Shown here piece by piece: positions 30,635-41,784 of a DNA stretch of 64,000 bases. The notes under the pieces were generated by a model. It made no database searches. It saw only the letters and a program-made list of their open reading frames with translations, and was not told the DNA's origin. The translations under genes were made by a program, and so were the position numbers. Every line of letters starts with the position of its first letter. Within the stretch, counting starts at the first letter, position 1. Origin of the DNA: Ignavibacteriales bacterium. GTDB lineage: Bacteria > Bacteroidota > Ignavibacteria > UBA10030 > UBA6906. The DNA lies in assembly GCA_037441705.1 (NCBI GenBank), contig JBBIRR010000015.1:11068-75067 (forward strand), read 5' to 3'.

Positions 30635-30676
30635 GTCATTCTGACCCTCGTTTCTCAGAGGCGAAGAATCCAGAAC
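30635..30676. repeat. Solo half-copy of the GTCATTCTGA...GCGAAGAATCCAG palindromic repeat element
   Basis: 30661-30676 is the exact reverse complement of 63406-63421 (16 bp). 30635-30644 is the reverse complement of 63435-63444. Confidence 0.7.
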
Positions 30677-30820
30677 TGCCCTTTTCTGGCAGTCTCATTG
30701 CCGGATCGAAAATACTACACGGGGATTCAATCCCCACAAACAATGCTGACTAGAATCCAGACAAATCCTTTGTTCACTATTGTCCACGACGTGAAGGTCG
30801 TGTCAACGTCGAACGCGGGC

Positions 30821-31648
30821 ATGAGGGCGAAGGCGTGGCACATTCTTCTTCTTGCAATTCTGGTCGGCAGTGTCGGTTGCGGCCCTGCGCCTGAGACCGC
30901 CAGGAAGGAAACCGAGACGCCGCCGACGAAGGAGGCGCTGTTCCAGGCCGGGCACAGGCTCTACCTTCAGCAGCAATACGACAGCGCGCAGGTGCTGCTG
31001 ACGCGTGTGTTGACCCTTGATCGAACGTATGCAGCGGCGGTAGCCGACCTCGCATCACTCAACTACGAGCTTGCCATGAGAGCAGATGCAGGCAGGAGAA
31101 GGAATGAGTTGCTTCGCGCATCGCGTGCGTACTATCTCCGGCTCGATTCACTCAACTCCGCCGATGCCGATGCGTACGAGCGACTCTGTGAGATTGCTTC
31201 TGCATTGAACGACGACCGGACGTTCCTCACGTACGCAAAGAAGAGTGCCGAGGCATATCCCTACGACCGACAGTACTACAACTTGAGTGTCGCGTATTTC
31301 AACGTCAATGATTTTGCCTCGGTCATCAAAGTCTGCAAAGAAGCGATCGAGAAGTTTCCAGCTTCACCCTTCATCGGAACGTTCTATCGTCAGTTAGGCA
31401 GAGGCTACATGAAAGTAGATCGAGATCAGACAGCGGAGAGAACGTTCTACGCAGGACTGGGTGTGATCGAAAAGCGGATGGCGGATGCACGAAAAAGCAA
31501 TGCGGACTATGCGTCGTCCGCCGACTATCAGCGACTCAAGGAAGACATGAAGGGCATCCTGATCTCGCTGAAGAATCTGCACACGACGTACAAGGCGGCG
31601 GAGAAGCTTGCTGAGGTTGAGAAGAAGCTCAAAGAGCTTAGCAGATAG
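30821..31648 (+). CDS. TPR-repeat lipoprotein
   Basis: Lipoprotein-like signal (LVGSVGC) followed by helical TPR-like repeats (YYNLSVAYFN, YRQLGRGY). Confidence 0.75.
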   Translation: MRAKAWHILLLAILVGSVGCGPAPETARKETETPPTKEALFQAGHRLYLQQQYDSAQVLLTRVLTLDRTYAAAVADLASLNYELAMRADAGRRRNELLRASRAYYLRLDSLNSADADAYERLCEIASALNDDRTFLTYAKKSAEAYPYDRQYYNLSVAYFNVNDFASVIKVCKEAIEKFPASPFIGTFYRQLGRGYMKVDRDQTAERTFYAGLGVIEKRMADARKSNADYASSADYQRLKEDMKGILISLKNLHTTYKAAEKLAEVEKKLKELSR

Positions 31649-31680
31649 GACGTGAGGATGAGAGGAGAACATATTCGTGT

Positions 31681-32724
31681 ATGAGAATTCTCCTCCCGCT
31701 CGCATGGATATACTCGGTCGGCATGTCCCTGCGCAACGCGCTGTTCGATTGGGGTGTGTTGAAGCAGCATGCGATGAGTGTTCCGGTCATCTCGGTGGGC
31801 AACCTCACCGTCGGGGGGACGGGCAAGACGCCGCTTGTTGAATACATCGTCGGCTATCTTCTTGGACAAGGAAGGCGAGTCGGCGTCGTCAGCCGCGGCT
31901 ACAAGCGGCAGTCGAAGGGTGTGGTGGTTGTCTCGGATGGCCGTGAAGTCCGTGTCGATGCCCGGCACGCGGGCGACGAGCCGATGCAGATTGCGATGGC
32001 GTTTCGAGATGCGATTGTTGTTGTGGGAGAAAAGAGAGTCGAGGCTGCACAGGAGGCGATCCGGTTGGGCGCTGAGGTGATTGTGGTGGATGATGGATTC
32101 CAACATCGTTATTTGAAGCGGGACGTGGACATCGTTGTCGTTGATAGCACGGACGATGTGACGAAGGATGCGGTTCTGCCCGCAGGAAGGCTGCGCGAAT
32201 CGCTCACGGGTCTGCGCCGCGCGAGTCTGGTGGCCCTTTCTCACGCGGATGAAGGAACGCCGAATGAACTCGAAGCGAAGCTCCGTCCGTTCTTTGAAGG
32301 TCCGTTCGTGCGCTTCAGCTACCGGATTCGTGAAGTACGGAGGGCATCCGATGATGCAGTGGTGTCGCTCGAGGCCGTTCGGGCGATGCGCCTGGTGAGC
32401 TTCAGCGGCATTGGGAACCATGAGGCGTTCGTTCGCCGGCTGAACAAGGATCGCTTCACGATTGTGGGCGACCTGCGCTTCGCCGACCATCATCGGTACG
32501 GCGAGGTTGATCTTGCAACGATGGAATACGCGGCACAGGCGATGAACGCCGATGCTCTCATTACGACCGAAAAGGACATTGTCCGCCTTCGTGCGGAAAA
32601 AGACGTTGTGAAGCAACTCTTTGAACGTCACGTTGTTTTTTATGTAAGAATCGCTGTGGAGATTCTCGGGGGAGATGATCTTCTCCACGCACGCATCGCA
32701 CAAACCTTAAGGGGAGAAACATGA
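31681..32724 (+). CDS. lpxK: Tetraacyldisaccharide 4'-kinase
   Basis: SVGNLTVGGTGKTP, SRGY, GDEP, DDGFQH, LPAGRLRE, FADHH and TTEKD. Confidence 0.96.
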   Translation: MRILLPLAWIYSVGMSLRNALFDWGVLKQHAMSVPVISVGNLTVGGTGKTPLVEYIVGYLLGQGRRVGVVSRGYKRQSKGVVVVSDGREVRVDARHAGDEPMQIAMAFRDAIVVVGEKRVEAAQEAIRLGAEVIVVDDGFQHRYLKRDVDIVVVDSTDDVTKDAVLPAGRLRESLTGLRRASLVALSHADEGTPNELEAKLRPFFEGPFVRFSYRIREVRRASDDAVVSLEAVRAMRLVSFSGIGNHEAFVRRLNKDRFTIVGDLRFADHHRYGEVDLATMEYAAQAMNADALITTEKDIVRLRAEKDVVKQLFERHVVFYVRIAVEILGGDDLLHARIAQTLRGET

Positions 32725-33425
32725 ACATCGGCATCACGGATACGCTGAACAAGAAATTCGACTTCTACGTCGCGTGGCTGCGCAAGGTGGCGCGGGATGC
32801 AGAGATCATCAAACTCTCACCCGAGGAAAAGAACGCTCGCGACCTGAAGAAATGCGACGGCCTTATTCTGACCGGCGGCCACGACATCCATCCGAGATTC
32901 TACGGCCGTGAAGACTACATGAAGCTTCTCAAGAAGGAGGATGTGAACGAAAAGCGTGACGAGTTCGAGTTCAAGATCATTCAAGAGGCGCTCAAGGCAA
33001 ACATGCCTATCCTTGGCATCTGCCGCGGGATGCAGGTCTTCAACGTTGCCATGGGCGGCTCGATGATTCCCGATGTGAAGAGCGAGGGCTACGGTGAACA
33101 TGCAAAAACGAAGGACGGCAAAGACCGCCGCCATAAAATCACGATCGAGAAGGGAACGACGCTGCACTGGATCGTCGAAACCACAAAAGGGGAAGTGAAC
33201 AGTGCCCATCATCAGGCCGTGGATGCCATCGGCAGCGGGCTGAAGGTGACCGCACAATCGCCGGATGGCATCGTTGAGGGATTGGAGTGGGCAGACAGCG
33301 AGTCGAAGCCCTTCCTCCAACTCGTCCAGTGGCATCCGGAGCGGATGTCGGATTTTCAGAACCCGTGTTCCAAGAATCTGTTAGAACATTTTGTTCTTGC
33401 AGTTGTATCAACAGCGGAGCGATAA
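32721..33425 (+). CDS. Peptidase C26 / gamma-glutamyl-gamma-aminobutyrate hydrolase family glutamine amidotransferase
   Basis: LTGGHD, RDEFE, GICRGMQ, VNSAHHQA and QWHPE. Confidence 0.92.
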   Translation: MNIGITDTLNKKFDFYVAWLRKVARDAEIIKLSPEEKNARDLKKCDGLILTGGHDIHPRFYGREDYMKLLKKEDVNEKRDEFEFKIIQEALKANMPILGICRGMQVFNVAMGGSMIPDVKSEGYGEHAKTKDGKDRRHKITIEKGTTLHWIVETTKGEVNSAHHQAVDAIGSGLKVTAQSPDGIVEGLEWADSESKPFLQLVQWHPERMSDFQNPCSKNLLEHFVLAVVSTAER

Positions 33426-33473
33426 ACGGAACATCATTATTCACTATCTAAAGAAGGAAGAAGAGAAAGCATC

Positions 33474-36263
33474 ATGAAAAAGTACGTATATGTGTTTGGG
33501 AACGGCAAGGCGGAGGGAACGGCCGAAATGAAGGCGTTGCTCGGCGGCAAAGGTGCCAACCTTGCCGAGATGACCAACATCGGATTGCCCGTGCCTGCGG
33601 GCTTCACGATTTCAACGGAGGTATGTACCTACTACTACGCCAACAAGAAAACGTATCCTCGGTCGCTGAAGGGCGAAGTCGCGGCGGCGTTGAAGAAGGT
33701 CGAAAAAATGATGGGAGCGAAGTTCGGCGACGCGAACAATCCTTTGCTGGTCTCTGTGCGTTCAGGCGCCCGCGCGTCCATGCCCGGCATGATGGACACG
33801 ATTCTCAACCTCGGGCTGAACGACGAGGTTGCCGAAGGGCTGATCAGGAAAACGGGCAACGCACGCTTCGTGTACGATTCGTACCGCCGCTTCGTGCAGA
33901 TGTACGGCGACGTCGTCCTCGGCTTGAAGCCCCAGCACAAAGACGAGATGGATCCGTTCGAGGCGATCATCGAGCAGAAGAAGAACGAACGGGGCGTCCA
34001 TCACGACACGGATTTGACGGCCGAGGACATGAAGGACTTGGTTGCGCGGTTCAAGCAGGCCATCAAGGAACGCACGGGGCACGACTTTCCGCAAGATCCG
34101 GTGCAGCAGTTGTGGGGTGCCATCGGGGCGGTGTTCGGGTCATGGATGAACGAGCGAGCGATTGCCTATCGCAAGATGTACGACATCCCCGAATGGTGGG
34201 GCACGGCAGTAAACGTGCAGTCCATGGTCTTCGGCAACATGGGCGAGGATTCGGGAACGGGCGTCGCGTTCACGCGTGACGCGGCGACGGGCGAGAACGT
34301 GTTCTACGGCGAGTACCTGATGAACGCGCAGGGTGAAGACGTCGTTGCGGGCATCCGCACGCCGCTGCCCATCTCCAAACTTGCCGAAACGTACCCGAAG
34401 GTTTACAAACAACTCGATGCCATCCGCAAGAAGTTGGAAAAGCACTATCGCGACATGATGGACATCGAGTTCACGATTCAGCAAGGGAAGCTGTACATGC
34501 TTCAGTGTCGTGTCGGAAAGCGGACGGCGTTTGCCGCGATCAAGATTGCGGTGGATATGGTGAAGGAGAAACTCATCACGGACAAGGAAGCGCTCATGCG
34601 CATCGAGCCGGATCAGCTCAATCAGTTGCTGCGGCCCGTGTTCGATCTTCACGAGAAGGATGCCGCGGTGAAGAACGGTCGGCTGCTGGCAAAAGGATTG
34701 AATGCCGGTCCGGGTGCGGCGACCGGTCGTGTGGTCTTCAACGCGCCGGATGCCGAGGAATGGGCCTCGCGCGGCGAACAGGTGATTCTCACGCGCATCG
34801 AAACGTCGCCCGAAGATATCAAGGGCATGCAGGCTGCCGAAGGCATTCTCACCGCCCGCGGCGGCATGACGTCGCATGCGGCGCTCGTCGCGCGGCAGAT
34901 GGGCAAGGTCTGCGTTGCCGGCTGCCAGGCGTTGAACATTGACTACTCGACGCACACCATGTCCGTCAACGGCAAAGTGATTCGTGAAGGTGATTGGATT
35001 TCGATTGACGGCACAACGGGAGAAGTGATCGAAGGACAGCTCGCCACGCGTGCACCGGAGGTGCTACAGGTGTTGATCGACAGGACGCTTGCCCCCGAAC
35101 ACGCTCCGGTGTATCAGGAGTACGAACAGGTGATGAAGTGGGCGGATAAGTATCGCCGGCTGAAAGTTCGCACGAACGCCGATCAGCCCGACCAGGCGCT
35201 GAACGCCGTTGCCTTCGGTGCCGAGGGCATCGGTCTCTGCCGCACCGAGCACATGTTCTTCGGCGAAGGCAAGATCGGACCGATGCGCGAGATGATCCTG
35301 GCGGACAGTGTCGAGGAGCGCCGCCGCGCACTTGCAAAGCTGCTTCCGCTTCAGCGGACGGATTTCGAGGGCATCTTCGAGGCCATGAACGGCAGGCCGG
35401 TCACCATCAGAACCATTGATCCGCCGCTGCATGAGTTTGTGCCGCACGAAGAGGCGGCGCAGCGTGAGCTTGCACGCGAGATGGGCATCAGCTACGAGAA
35501 AGTTCATCAACGGGTGGCAAGTCTGCATGAGTTCAACCCGATGCTGGGCTTCCGCGGCTGCCGCCTGGGCATCATCTTTCCGGAGATTACCGAGATGCAG
35601 TCGCGTGCCATCTTTGAAGCGGCGGCGAATGTGCAGGCACGCGGCATCAAAGTCCTGCCGGAGATCATGATTCCCCTCGTGGGCAACGTGAAGGAACTGG
35701 CACATCAGGAGGCCATCGTTCGACAGGTGGCCGATGAGGTGATGAAAGAAAAGGGAGTGAAGCTGAACTACCTCGTGGGAACGATGATCGAAGTTCCACG
35801 CGGAGCGCTGACGGCCGATGAGATTGCCACCGTTGCGGAATTCTTCAGCTTCGGCACGAACGATCTGACGCAGACCACCCTCGGCGTCAGTCGTGACGAT
35901 GCCGGAAGATTTCTCGCTCCGTATGTCGAGCGGGGGATGTATGAGAAGGATCCGTTCGAGGTGCTCGATCGTGCGGGGGTTGGCCTGTTGATGAAGATGG
36001 CGGTGGAAAAGGGACGTAAGACGCGCCCCGGATTGAAAATCGGCATTTGCGGCGAGCATGGCGGCGAGCCGTCGAGCGTCGAGTTCTGCCATCAGATCGG
36101 ATTGGACTATGTGAGCTGCTCTCCATTCCGCGTTCCGATCGCGCGGCTGGCTGCTGCGCGCGCGGCACTATCGGAAGCGGAGAGCCGCCCCTCCGTGCGC
36201 AAGGTGCAGCAGAGACGGATTCCTTCGCGGAAGACTGCTGCGCTGCGCACGTCGAAACGATAA
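33474..36263 (+). CDS. ppdK: Pyruvate, phosphate dikinase
   Basis: [52 protein letters not shown] and GICGEHGG. Confidence 0.98.
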   Translation: MKKYVYVFGNGKAEGTAEMKALLGGKGANLAEMTNIGLPVPAGFTISTEVCTYYYANKKTYPRSLKGEVAAALKKVEKMMGAKFGDANNPLLVSVRSGARASMPGMMDTILNLGLNDEVAEGLIRKTGNARFVYDSYRRFVQMYGDVVLGLKPQHKDEMDPFEAIIEQKKNERGVHHDTDLTAEDMKDLVARFKQAIKERTGHDFPQDPVQQLWGAIGAVFGSWMNERAIAYRKMYDIPEWWGTAVNVQSMVFGNMGEDSGTGVAFTRDAATGENVFYGEYLMNAQGEDVVAGIRTPLPISKLAETYPKVYKQLDAIRKKLEKHYRDMMDIEFTIQQGKLYMLQCRVGKRTAFAAIKIAVDMVKEKLITDKEALMRIEPDQLNQLLRPVFDLHEKDAAVKNGRLLAKGLNAGPGAATGRVVFNAPDAEEWASRGEQVILTRIETSPEDIKGMQAAEGILTARGGMTSHAALVARQMGKVCVAGCQALNIDYSTHTMSVNGKVIREGDWISIDGTTGEVIEGQLATRAPEVLQVLIDRTLAPEHAPVYQEYEQVMKWADKYRRLKVRTNADQPDQALNAVAFGAEGIGLCRTEHMFFGEGKIGPMREMILADSVEERRRALAKLLPLQRTDFEGIFEAMNGRPVTIRTIDPPLHEFVPHEEAAQRELAREMGISYEKVHQRVASLHEFNPMLGFRGCRLGIIFPEITEMQSRAIFEAAANVQARGIKVLPEIMIPLVGNVKELAHQEAIVRQVADEVMKEKGVKLNYLVGTMIEVPRGALTADEIATVAEFFSFGTNDLTQTTLGVSRDDAGRFLAPYVERGMYEKDPFEVLDRAGVGLLMKMAVEKGRKTRPGLKIGICGEHGGEPSSVEFCHQIGLDYVSCSPFRVPIARLAAARAALSEAESRPSVRKVQQRRIPSRKTAALRTSKR

Positions 36264-36303
36264 GTTTGTGCAACATTCATAAGGAGATACAGCCATTCAC
36301 ACG

Positions 36304-37344
36304 ATGAAATTATCGGACTTTCGATACCCGCTTCCGCGGAATCTGATCGCAAAGTATCCGGCGAACCCGCGGGATACGTCGCGACTGATGGTCCTTGATC
36401 GGAAGGACGAGTCTATCAAAATTCTCGACCACTTCTACGAGATCACCCAATACTTCAAAAAGGGTGATTGTCTGGTGATCAATGAGACGAAGGTCTTTCC
36501 GGCGCGGCTGTTTGGGCGCAAGGAGAAGACCAATGCCCGCATCGAGGTGTTTCTCTTGCGCGAGCTGAGCAAGCAGGAGAACATCTGGGACGTGATTGTT
36601 GATCCGGCGCGGAAAGTCCGCATCGGCAACAAAATTTTCTTCGATGACGGCAAGATCTATTGTGAAGTGATCGACAATACGACCTCGCGCGGCCGTACGG
36701 TCCGCTTCAACGCCGAAGGCGATCTGTTCAAGATCATTGAGCGGATCGGCCGGATGCCTTTGCCCTATTACATCAAGCGGGAACCGACGGAAAAGGATAA
36801 GGAAATGTACCAGACGATCTTCGCGCGGGTCACAGGCTCGGTTGCTGCGCCGACGGCGGGACTGCACTTCACCAAGCGCGTGCTGACCGCGCTGAAGCGA
36901 AAGGGCGTCAGCGTTGTGCCGGTTGTCCTTCATGTGGGTCTCGGTTCGTTCCGTCCCGTCGAAGTGGAAGACCTCTCGAAGCACAAGATGGACTCGGAGT
37001 ATTACGAGATTCCGGAGGAGACGGCTGAGGTTGTCAACAAGACCATTGACAGCAAGGGAAGCGTATTTATTGTCGGAACGAGTACGTGCCGTGCCGTCGA
37101 ATCCAGCGTTACCACCGACGGCCACCTCAAGGCTAACAAAGGATGGACGGATAAGTTTATCTATCCGCCGTATGAGATGAAGGTGACCGACCACCTGATC
37201 ACCAACTTCCATATGCCCGAATCAACGCTGCTGATGTTGGTGTCCGCATTTGCCGGGCGCGACTTCATCCTGCGGGCCTACAAGAAGGCGATCAAGGAAG
37301 GGATGCGCTTCTACAGTTACGGCGACGCCATGCTTATCCTGTGA
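36304..37344 (+). CDS. queA: S-adenosylmethionine:tRNA ribosyltransferase-isomerase
   Basis: LSDF.Y.LP, PLPYYI, YQT, GSVAAPTAGLHF, TNFH.PESTL and FYSYGDAM. Confidence 0.97.
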   Translation: MKLSDFRYPLPRNLIAKYPANPRDTSRLMVLDRKDESIKILDHFYEITQYFKKGDCLVINETKVFPARLFGRKEKTNARIEVFLLRELSKQENIWDVIVDPARKVRIGNKIFFDDGKIYCEVIDNTTSRGRTVRFNAEGDLFKIIERIGRMPLPYYIKREPTEKDKEMYQTIFARVTGSVAAPTAGLHFTKRVLTALKRKGVSVVPVVLHVGLGSFRPVEVEDLSKHKMDSEYYEIPEETAEVVNKTIDSKGSVFIVGTSTCRAVESSVTTDGHLKANKGWTDKFIYPPYEMKVTDHLITNFHMPESTLLMLVSAFAGRDFILRAYKKAIKEGMRFYSYGDAMLIL

Positions 37345-37369
37345 TGTACCACAGCGCGGCACACACTGC

Positions 37370-39205
37370 ATGAAGACTCTGCTGCTGGTGACCGTGAGCC
37401 TCACGGTCATCGGCATCCTGGTATACCTCTCCCGCAGGAGGAATCTGCTTTCGTACTTCAGCGGCGGGCGATGGTGGCTGACGTGGCTTTCAATAGGCGT
37501 CATCACGCTGATGGACGAGCTGACCTCGATTTTCTATGCGCCGAGCGAAGCGTATAGATTTATCGGGATGTCGGCCATTGCCTTTCTGGTGTTCACCTCC
37601 CTGCTGATGCGTTTTCTTTCCACACGCATGGTGGAGATCGCGGAGATTCTCGAACACCACAAGATCAAGGGTGGGGGAGTGTATTCATTCTCCTACCTCG
37701 TTCTGGGACCGACGCTCTCCTTCGTTGCCGTTGCTTCCATTCTCGTCGTGTACATTCTGACGGCAAGCATCTCCACCGTCAGCGCGGTCGAGAACGGCCT
37801 GACGTTCATGTCGTTGACGCATGGGCAAAAGTTGGTCTTTCAGTTTGCGATTGTGTGGGGAATCGCCGGGTTGAACATCCTGGGGATTCGGGAGAATGCG
37901 CGCTTCACCTTTCTCCTGTTTGCCGTGGTGTCGGTTGTGTTGTTGACACTGTTAGCGTCAGGTCTCTACGAGGCGCGGCCCGAATCGTGGCAAACAATCG
38001 GTCGAAGCTTTGTGGATTCGATTTCCACAATCCGGCAGGGCGGTCTTCTCGGCGGCTTTGCCTTTATCATCATCAGCGTATCGGGATGTATTCTGGCGTA
38101 CTCGGGCATCGAGTCGGTCATTCAAACGGCCGGGTTGGTGAAGACGTGGCGGGAAATTAGCAAAGCGTACGTCTTCCTCGCGCTGACGGTGGGCATCTTT
38201 ACGCCGACCATCTCTGCGCTGGCACTTTCGTCGGGTCTGGACCCCGCACGTCATGAAACGGACCTGATCACGCAGTATGCCGCGATGCTGAACGGTTTGC
38301 CGTTCGGCATTCTGGTCGGCGTGATTGCGAGCGTCGCCCTCATCATGGCGGTCAATACGGCCTACGTCGCCTCAAGCGAGCTGATCGAACGCGTTGCCCA
38401 TCGCTACAATTTCCAATGGATCATTCAGACCAACCGGCGACAGTCGTTGTATCGCGTGCATGTGGCGAATGCCATCTTTTTTTCTCTCCTCATTCTTGTG
38501 ACGGAAGGACAGCAGAAGACTCTTGCCGAAATGTATGCGCTGAGCTTGGTCGCAAGCTTCTGCATCAACATGGGAAGTCTCCTGTTCTATCGGTACTTCA
38601 AAGGAACCAACGAGATTCGCGAGTACCACACCTCGCGTGTAGGGACGTTTCTGTTGTTTGTGATTCTCGTAGGGTGTTTTGTATATCTGGCCGCGACCCG
38701 CCCGTACGGTCTCGGTTTATGGGCGGGCGCAACGGTTTTCTTTCTCGTTCTCGGACTGGTGGTTGCCAAGAAGCGCGCGCCGGAACGGAAGTTCATCGAA
38801 GAAACCGACACCCCGCTGGAAATGATTCTTGCGCTTGCGGAAGCGCCCGGCGACAAGATCGAGGTCTATTTCAAACGTCCGCATGAGGAAGGAGGTACGC
38901 CCGATCCGGCGGTGGCCTATGTGAGTTTCTATTCGCCGCGAGCGGGTATTCCCCCACGGCTGGCGCCAAACCACTACCGGTTCGTCCAAACGGGCCAGAC
39001 GCTTTTTGATAGCATTCAAGAACTCCTCTACGTGTTCAAGTACGAGCTTCCGCACAAGCACATCACGTTTCATTTCGGCTGGCCGCTGTCGTCGTGGCTG
39101 GATCGCCTGTCCACCGGCGTCATGGTCTTCAGTATTATGAAATTGCCGAAAGAGTTTCCGGAATTCAATTTCAGCATCGACTACTTTGCAAAAAAAGAGA
39201 AGTAG
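37370..39205 (+). CDS. APC-superfamily transporter with cytoplasmic C-terminal domain (KimA/YdaO-like)
   Basis: About 13 hydrophobic segments with DELTSIFYA, GGGVY, LNILGIRE and AYSGIES, then a soluble C-terminal domain. ATG at 37370. Confidence 0.8.
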   Translation: MKTLLLVTVSLTVIGILVYLSRRRNLLSYFSGGRWWLTWLSIGVITLMDELTSIFYAPSEAYRFIGMSAIAFLVFTSLLMRFLSTRMVEIAEILEHHKIKGGGVYSFSYLVLGPTLSFVAVASILVVYILTASISTVSAVENGLTFMSLTHGQKLVFQFAIVWGIAGLNILGIRENARFTFLLFAVVSVVLLTLLASGLYEARPESWQTIGRSFVDSISTIRQGGLLGGFAFIIISVSGCILAYSGIESVIQTAGLVKTWREISKAYVFLALTVGIFTPTISALALSSGLDPARHETDLITQYAAMLNGLPFGILVGVIASVALIMAVNTAYVASSELIERVAHRYNFQWIIQTNRRQSLYRVHVANAIFFSLLILVTEGQQKTLAEMYALSLVASFCINMGSLLFYRYFKGTNEIREYHTSRVGTFLLFVILVGCFVYLAATRPYGLGLWAGATVFFLVLGLVVAKKRAPERKFIEETDTPLEMILALAEAPGDKIEVYFKRPHEEGGTPDPAVAYVSFYSPRAGIPPRLAPNHYRFVQTGQTLFDSIQELLYVFKYELPHKHITFHFGWPLSSWLDRLSTGVMVFSIMKLPKEFPEFNFSIDYFAKKEK

Positions 39206-39899
39206 AGTTGGGGTGGTGATCGCCGCGGGCGGCCGCGGACGGCGCATGGGGAAGCCGAAGCAATTCCTGTCCCTCGACGGCAAATCACTTCTTCAGCGCT
39301 CCATCGAGCCGTTCGACCGTCTTTCCGATATTGACGAGATCGTCGTCGTTGTCCCACGAGATTATCGGCGACAGGCGGAAAGGATCATCAGGCGCGCGAA
39401 GCTACGGAAGGTTTCTCATGTGGTTACGGGCGGCAAAGAGCGTCAGCACTCCGTCCGCAACGGCTTGCTTGCGTTCAGGCAAGAACCGGCGATCGTTCTT
39501 GTGCACGATGCCGCGCGTCCGCTGGTGACGGAGCGAGAGATTGTTGCCGTAATCCGACAGGCTCGGCGTTCAGGCGCCGCCGTGGTGGGCGTACCGGTAA
39601 AAGACACCATCAAGGTGGGCGAAGCAGGATTCTTCACACGCACACTCGATCGTCGGACGTTGTGGGCTGTGCACACGCCGCAGGGATTTCGGTATGACGT
39701 TCTCGTGCACGCTCACCGCGCTGCTCAGCGAAGCAAGTACATCGGCACCGACGATGCCTCACTGGTCGAGCGGCTGCGCATTCCCGTGGCCATCGTTCCC
39801 GGATCCTACCGCAACATCAAAATCACGACGCACGAAGATCTTGCAATCGCCCGGATCCTGCTGAAATCGCCGCCTGCGCGCGCTCTTGCAAGTCGGTGA
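39186..39899 (+). CDS. ispD: 2-C-methyl-D-erythritol 4-phosphate cytidylyltransferase
   Basis: AAGGRGRRM..KQF, GGKERQ.SV, VHDAARP, TPQGF, TDDASL and NIKITT. Exact start is uncertain. Confidence 0.94.
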   Translation: MQKKRSRVGVVIAAGGRGRRMGKPKQFLSLDGKSLLQRSIEPFDRLSDIDEIVVVVPRDYRRQAERIIRRAKLRKVSHVVTGGKERQHSVRNGLLAFRQEPAIVLVHDAARPLVTEREIVAVIRQARRSGAAVVGVPVKDTIKVGEAGFFTRTLDRRTLWAVHTPQGFRYDVLVHAHRAAQRSKYIGTDDASLVERLRIPVAIVPGSYRNIKITTHEDLAIARILLKSPPARALASR

Positions 39900-39950
39900 C
39901 CGTTTTTCTATATTGGTACCCACACAATTAACCATAACTGCAAGGAGAGT

Positions 39951-40622
39951 ATGCTTCCCATTGCAATCATCACCGTGCTGAGCTATCTGGTCGGGTCGAT
40001 CCCGACGGCGATTATCGTTGCGCGCGTGATGCGTGGAATTGATATTCGTCAGCACGGCAGCGGTAACGCCGGCGGTACGAATGTGATTCGTGTGCTCGGA
40101 TGGAAAGCCGGGCTGTTCGTGATCGTCTGTGATATGGCCAAGGGATTGCTTGCGACGATGGTCATGTCGCGCTTGATGTTCGGCGCGTTACCGTTCGCGA
40201 ACACGACGCCCTTCGACGACTACGTTGTCGTGCAGATTATTGCCGGGTGTGCGGCGATGATCGGCCATATCTGGACGCTGTTTGCCGGCTTCAAAGGCGG
40301 CAAAGGGATTGCCACCGCAGGCGGCATGCTCATCGGCATTGCGCCGCTGGAAGTTGCCGTGTCCCTTGGCGTGTTCATGATCGTGTTTTTGATATCTCAC
40401 TATGTGTCTCTCGGCTCGCTGAGTGCCGCTTCCTCGTTCCCGCTGACGATGTTTCTGCGCGAGAATGTGTTCATGGCACACATCCCGAGTTACAACACGC
40501 TTATCTGGTTTAGCATTGCGATCTCGCTTCTGGTGATCTACACGCATCGCGCGAACATCCAGCGGCTGATCAAAGGGACCGAGAATCGCATCAGCCGCAT
40601 TCCGTTGTTGCATCGGTCGTAA
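39951..40622 (+). CDS. plsY: Glycerol-3-phosphate acyltransferase
   Basis: YLVGSIP, DIRQHGSGNAGGTN, FKGGKGIAT and HRANIQRL. Confidence 0.96.
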   Translation: MLPIAIITVLSYLVGSIPTAIIVARVMRGIDIRQHGSGNAGGTNVIRVLGWKAGLFVIVCDMAKGLLATMVMSRLMFGALPFANTTPFDDYVVVQIIAGCAAMIGHIWTLFAGFKGGKGIATAGGMLIGIAPLEVAVSLGVFMIVFLISHYVSLGSLSAASSFPLTMFLRENVFMAHIPSYNTLIWFSIAISLLVIYTHRANIQRLIKGTENRISRIPLLHRS

Positions 40623-40688
40623 TACTCGGATGGATTGCCGCCGGGGGTCACCCGGCGGTGTGTGTTTTGAACACGGTTGTCCTCCACC

Positions 40689-41690
40689 ATGCGTATCGCC
40701 GTCCTCGGAGCCGGTAGCTGGGGCACCGCCCTGTCGATCATACTGGCGAACAATCACCACAGCGTCACGCTCTGGTCGCACAAACAAGAATACACCGACC
40801 ACATCCGTACCCTGCATGAGAATCCCTCCTTCCTGCCGGGCGTGAAAATCCCCGAAGGCATTGTTGCCACGAGTGATCTTGACCGGGCCGTTGAAGGGGC
40901 GGAGATGATTGTCACGGCGGTTCCCTCACAATTTGTTCGCAGCGTCATGGTTCGTCTCCATCATCTGCCGTACGAGCGGCTCGTGGTGGTCAATGTGGCG
41001 AAGGGCATCGAAGTGGGTACTCTCATGACCATGTCCGAAGTACTGCACGATACGCTTCCCGGCGTGCCGCCCAGCAGCATTGCAACGCTGTCGGGGCCGA
41101 GCCACGCCGAAGAGGTCAGCCGTCAGGTTCCGACGACGGTTGTTGCCGCCTCCACCAATCTCGAAACAGCGAAGCTTGTCCAGAAAACCTTCATGACGCC
41201 GTACTTCCGCGTGTATGCCAGCACGGATCTGAAGGGTGTTGAGCTGGGAGGGTCGCTCAAAAACGTCATCGCCATAGCGGCGGGAATTGTTGACGGAGCC
41301 AACCTGGGCGACAACACCAAGGCCGCATTGATGACGCGCGGGATTGCCGAGATCACCCGGCTCGGGGTTGCCCTCGGCGCACAAGCGCAAACCTTCGCAG
41401 GCCTTTCGGGTATCGGCGACTTGATGGTGACGTGCATGAGCCGGCACAGCCGCAATCGACATGTCGGCGTCGAGATCGGGAAGGGGCGAAAGTTGGACGA
41501 GATTCTTTCTGAGATGGTAATGGTGGCAGAAGGGGTCGAGACAACGAAGTCGGCGAACGCCCTCGCGAAACAGGTCGGCGTCGAAGTTCCCATCTGCGCC
41601 GAAGTGTACAAGATGTTGTTTGAAGGGAAAGACCCGCGGCAATCGACCTATGATCTGATGACGCGAGATGCCAAGGGAGAGGTATACTGA
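40689..41690 (+). CDS. gpsA: NAD(P)H-dependent glycerol-3-phosphate dehydrogenase
   Basis: GAGSWGTA, AKGIE, SGPSHA, LKNVIAIAAG and GIGDLMVTC.S..SRN. Confidence 0.97.
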   Translation: MRIAVLGAGSWGTALSIILANNHHSVTLWSHKQEYTDHIRTLHENPSFLPGVKIPEGIVATSDLDRAVEGAEMIVTAVPSQFVRSVMVRLHHLPYERLVVVNVAKGIEVGTLMTMSEVLHDTLPGVPPSSIATLSGPSHAEEVSRQVPTTVVAASTNLETAKLVQKTFMTPYFRVYASTDLKGVELGGSLKNVIAIAAGIVDGANLGDNTKAALMTRGIAEITRLGVALGAQAQTFAGLSGIGDLMVTCMSRHSRNRHVGVEIGKGRKLDEILSEMVMVAEGVETTKSANALAKQVGVEVPICAEVYKMLFEGKDPRQSTYDLMTRDAKGEVY

Positions 41691-41733
41691 TTCCGTACGT
41701 CCTCGCGCATGATGTCGGATCAAGAGGAAAAGA

Positions 41734-41762
41734 AAAACCGCTCGGCGTAGCTGAGCGGTTTT
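41734..41762. terminator. Bidirectional intrinsic terminator between gpsA and hppA
   Basis: AAAACCGCTCGGC-GTA-GCTGAGCGGTTTT hairpin flanked by A and T tracts, between convergent genes. Confidence 0.85.
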
Positions 41763-41784
41763 CGTTTAGAGTGGGAGAGTCGCT

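Noticed and set aside
30565-30753. 62-aa ORF after lpxB
   Set aside because: It overlaps a repeat relic and has no recognisable motif, so it is probably non-coding.
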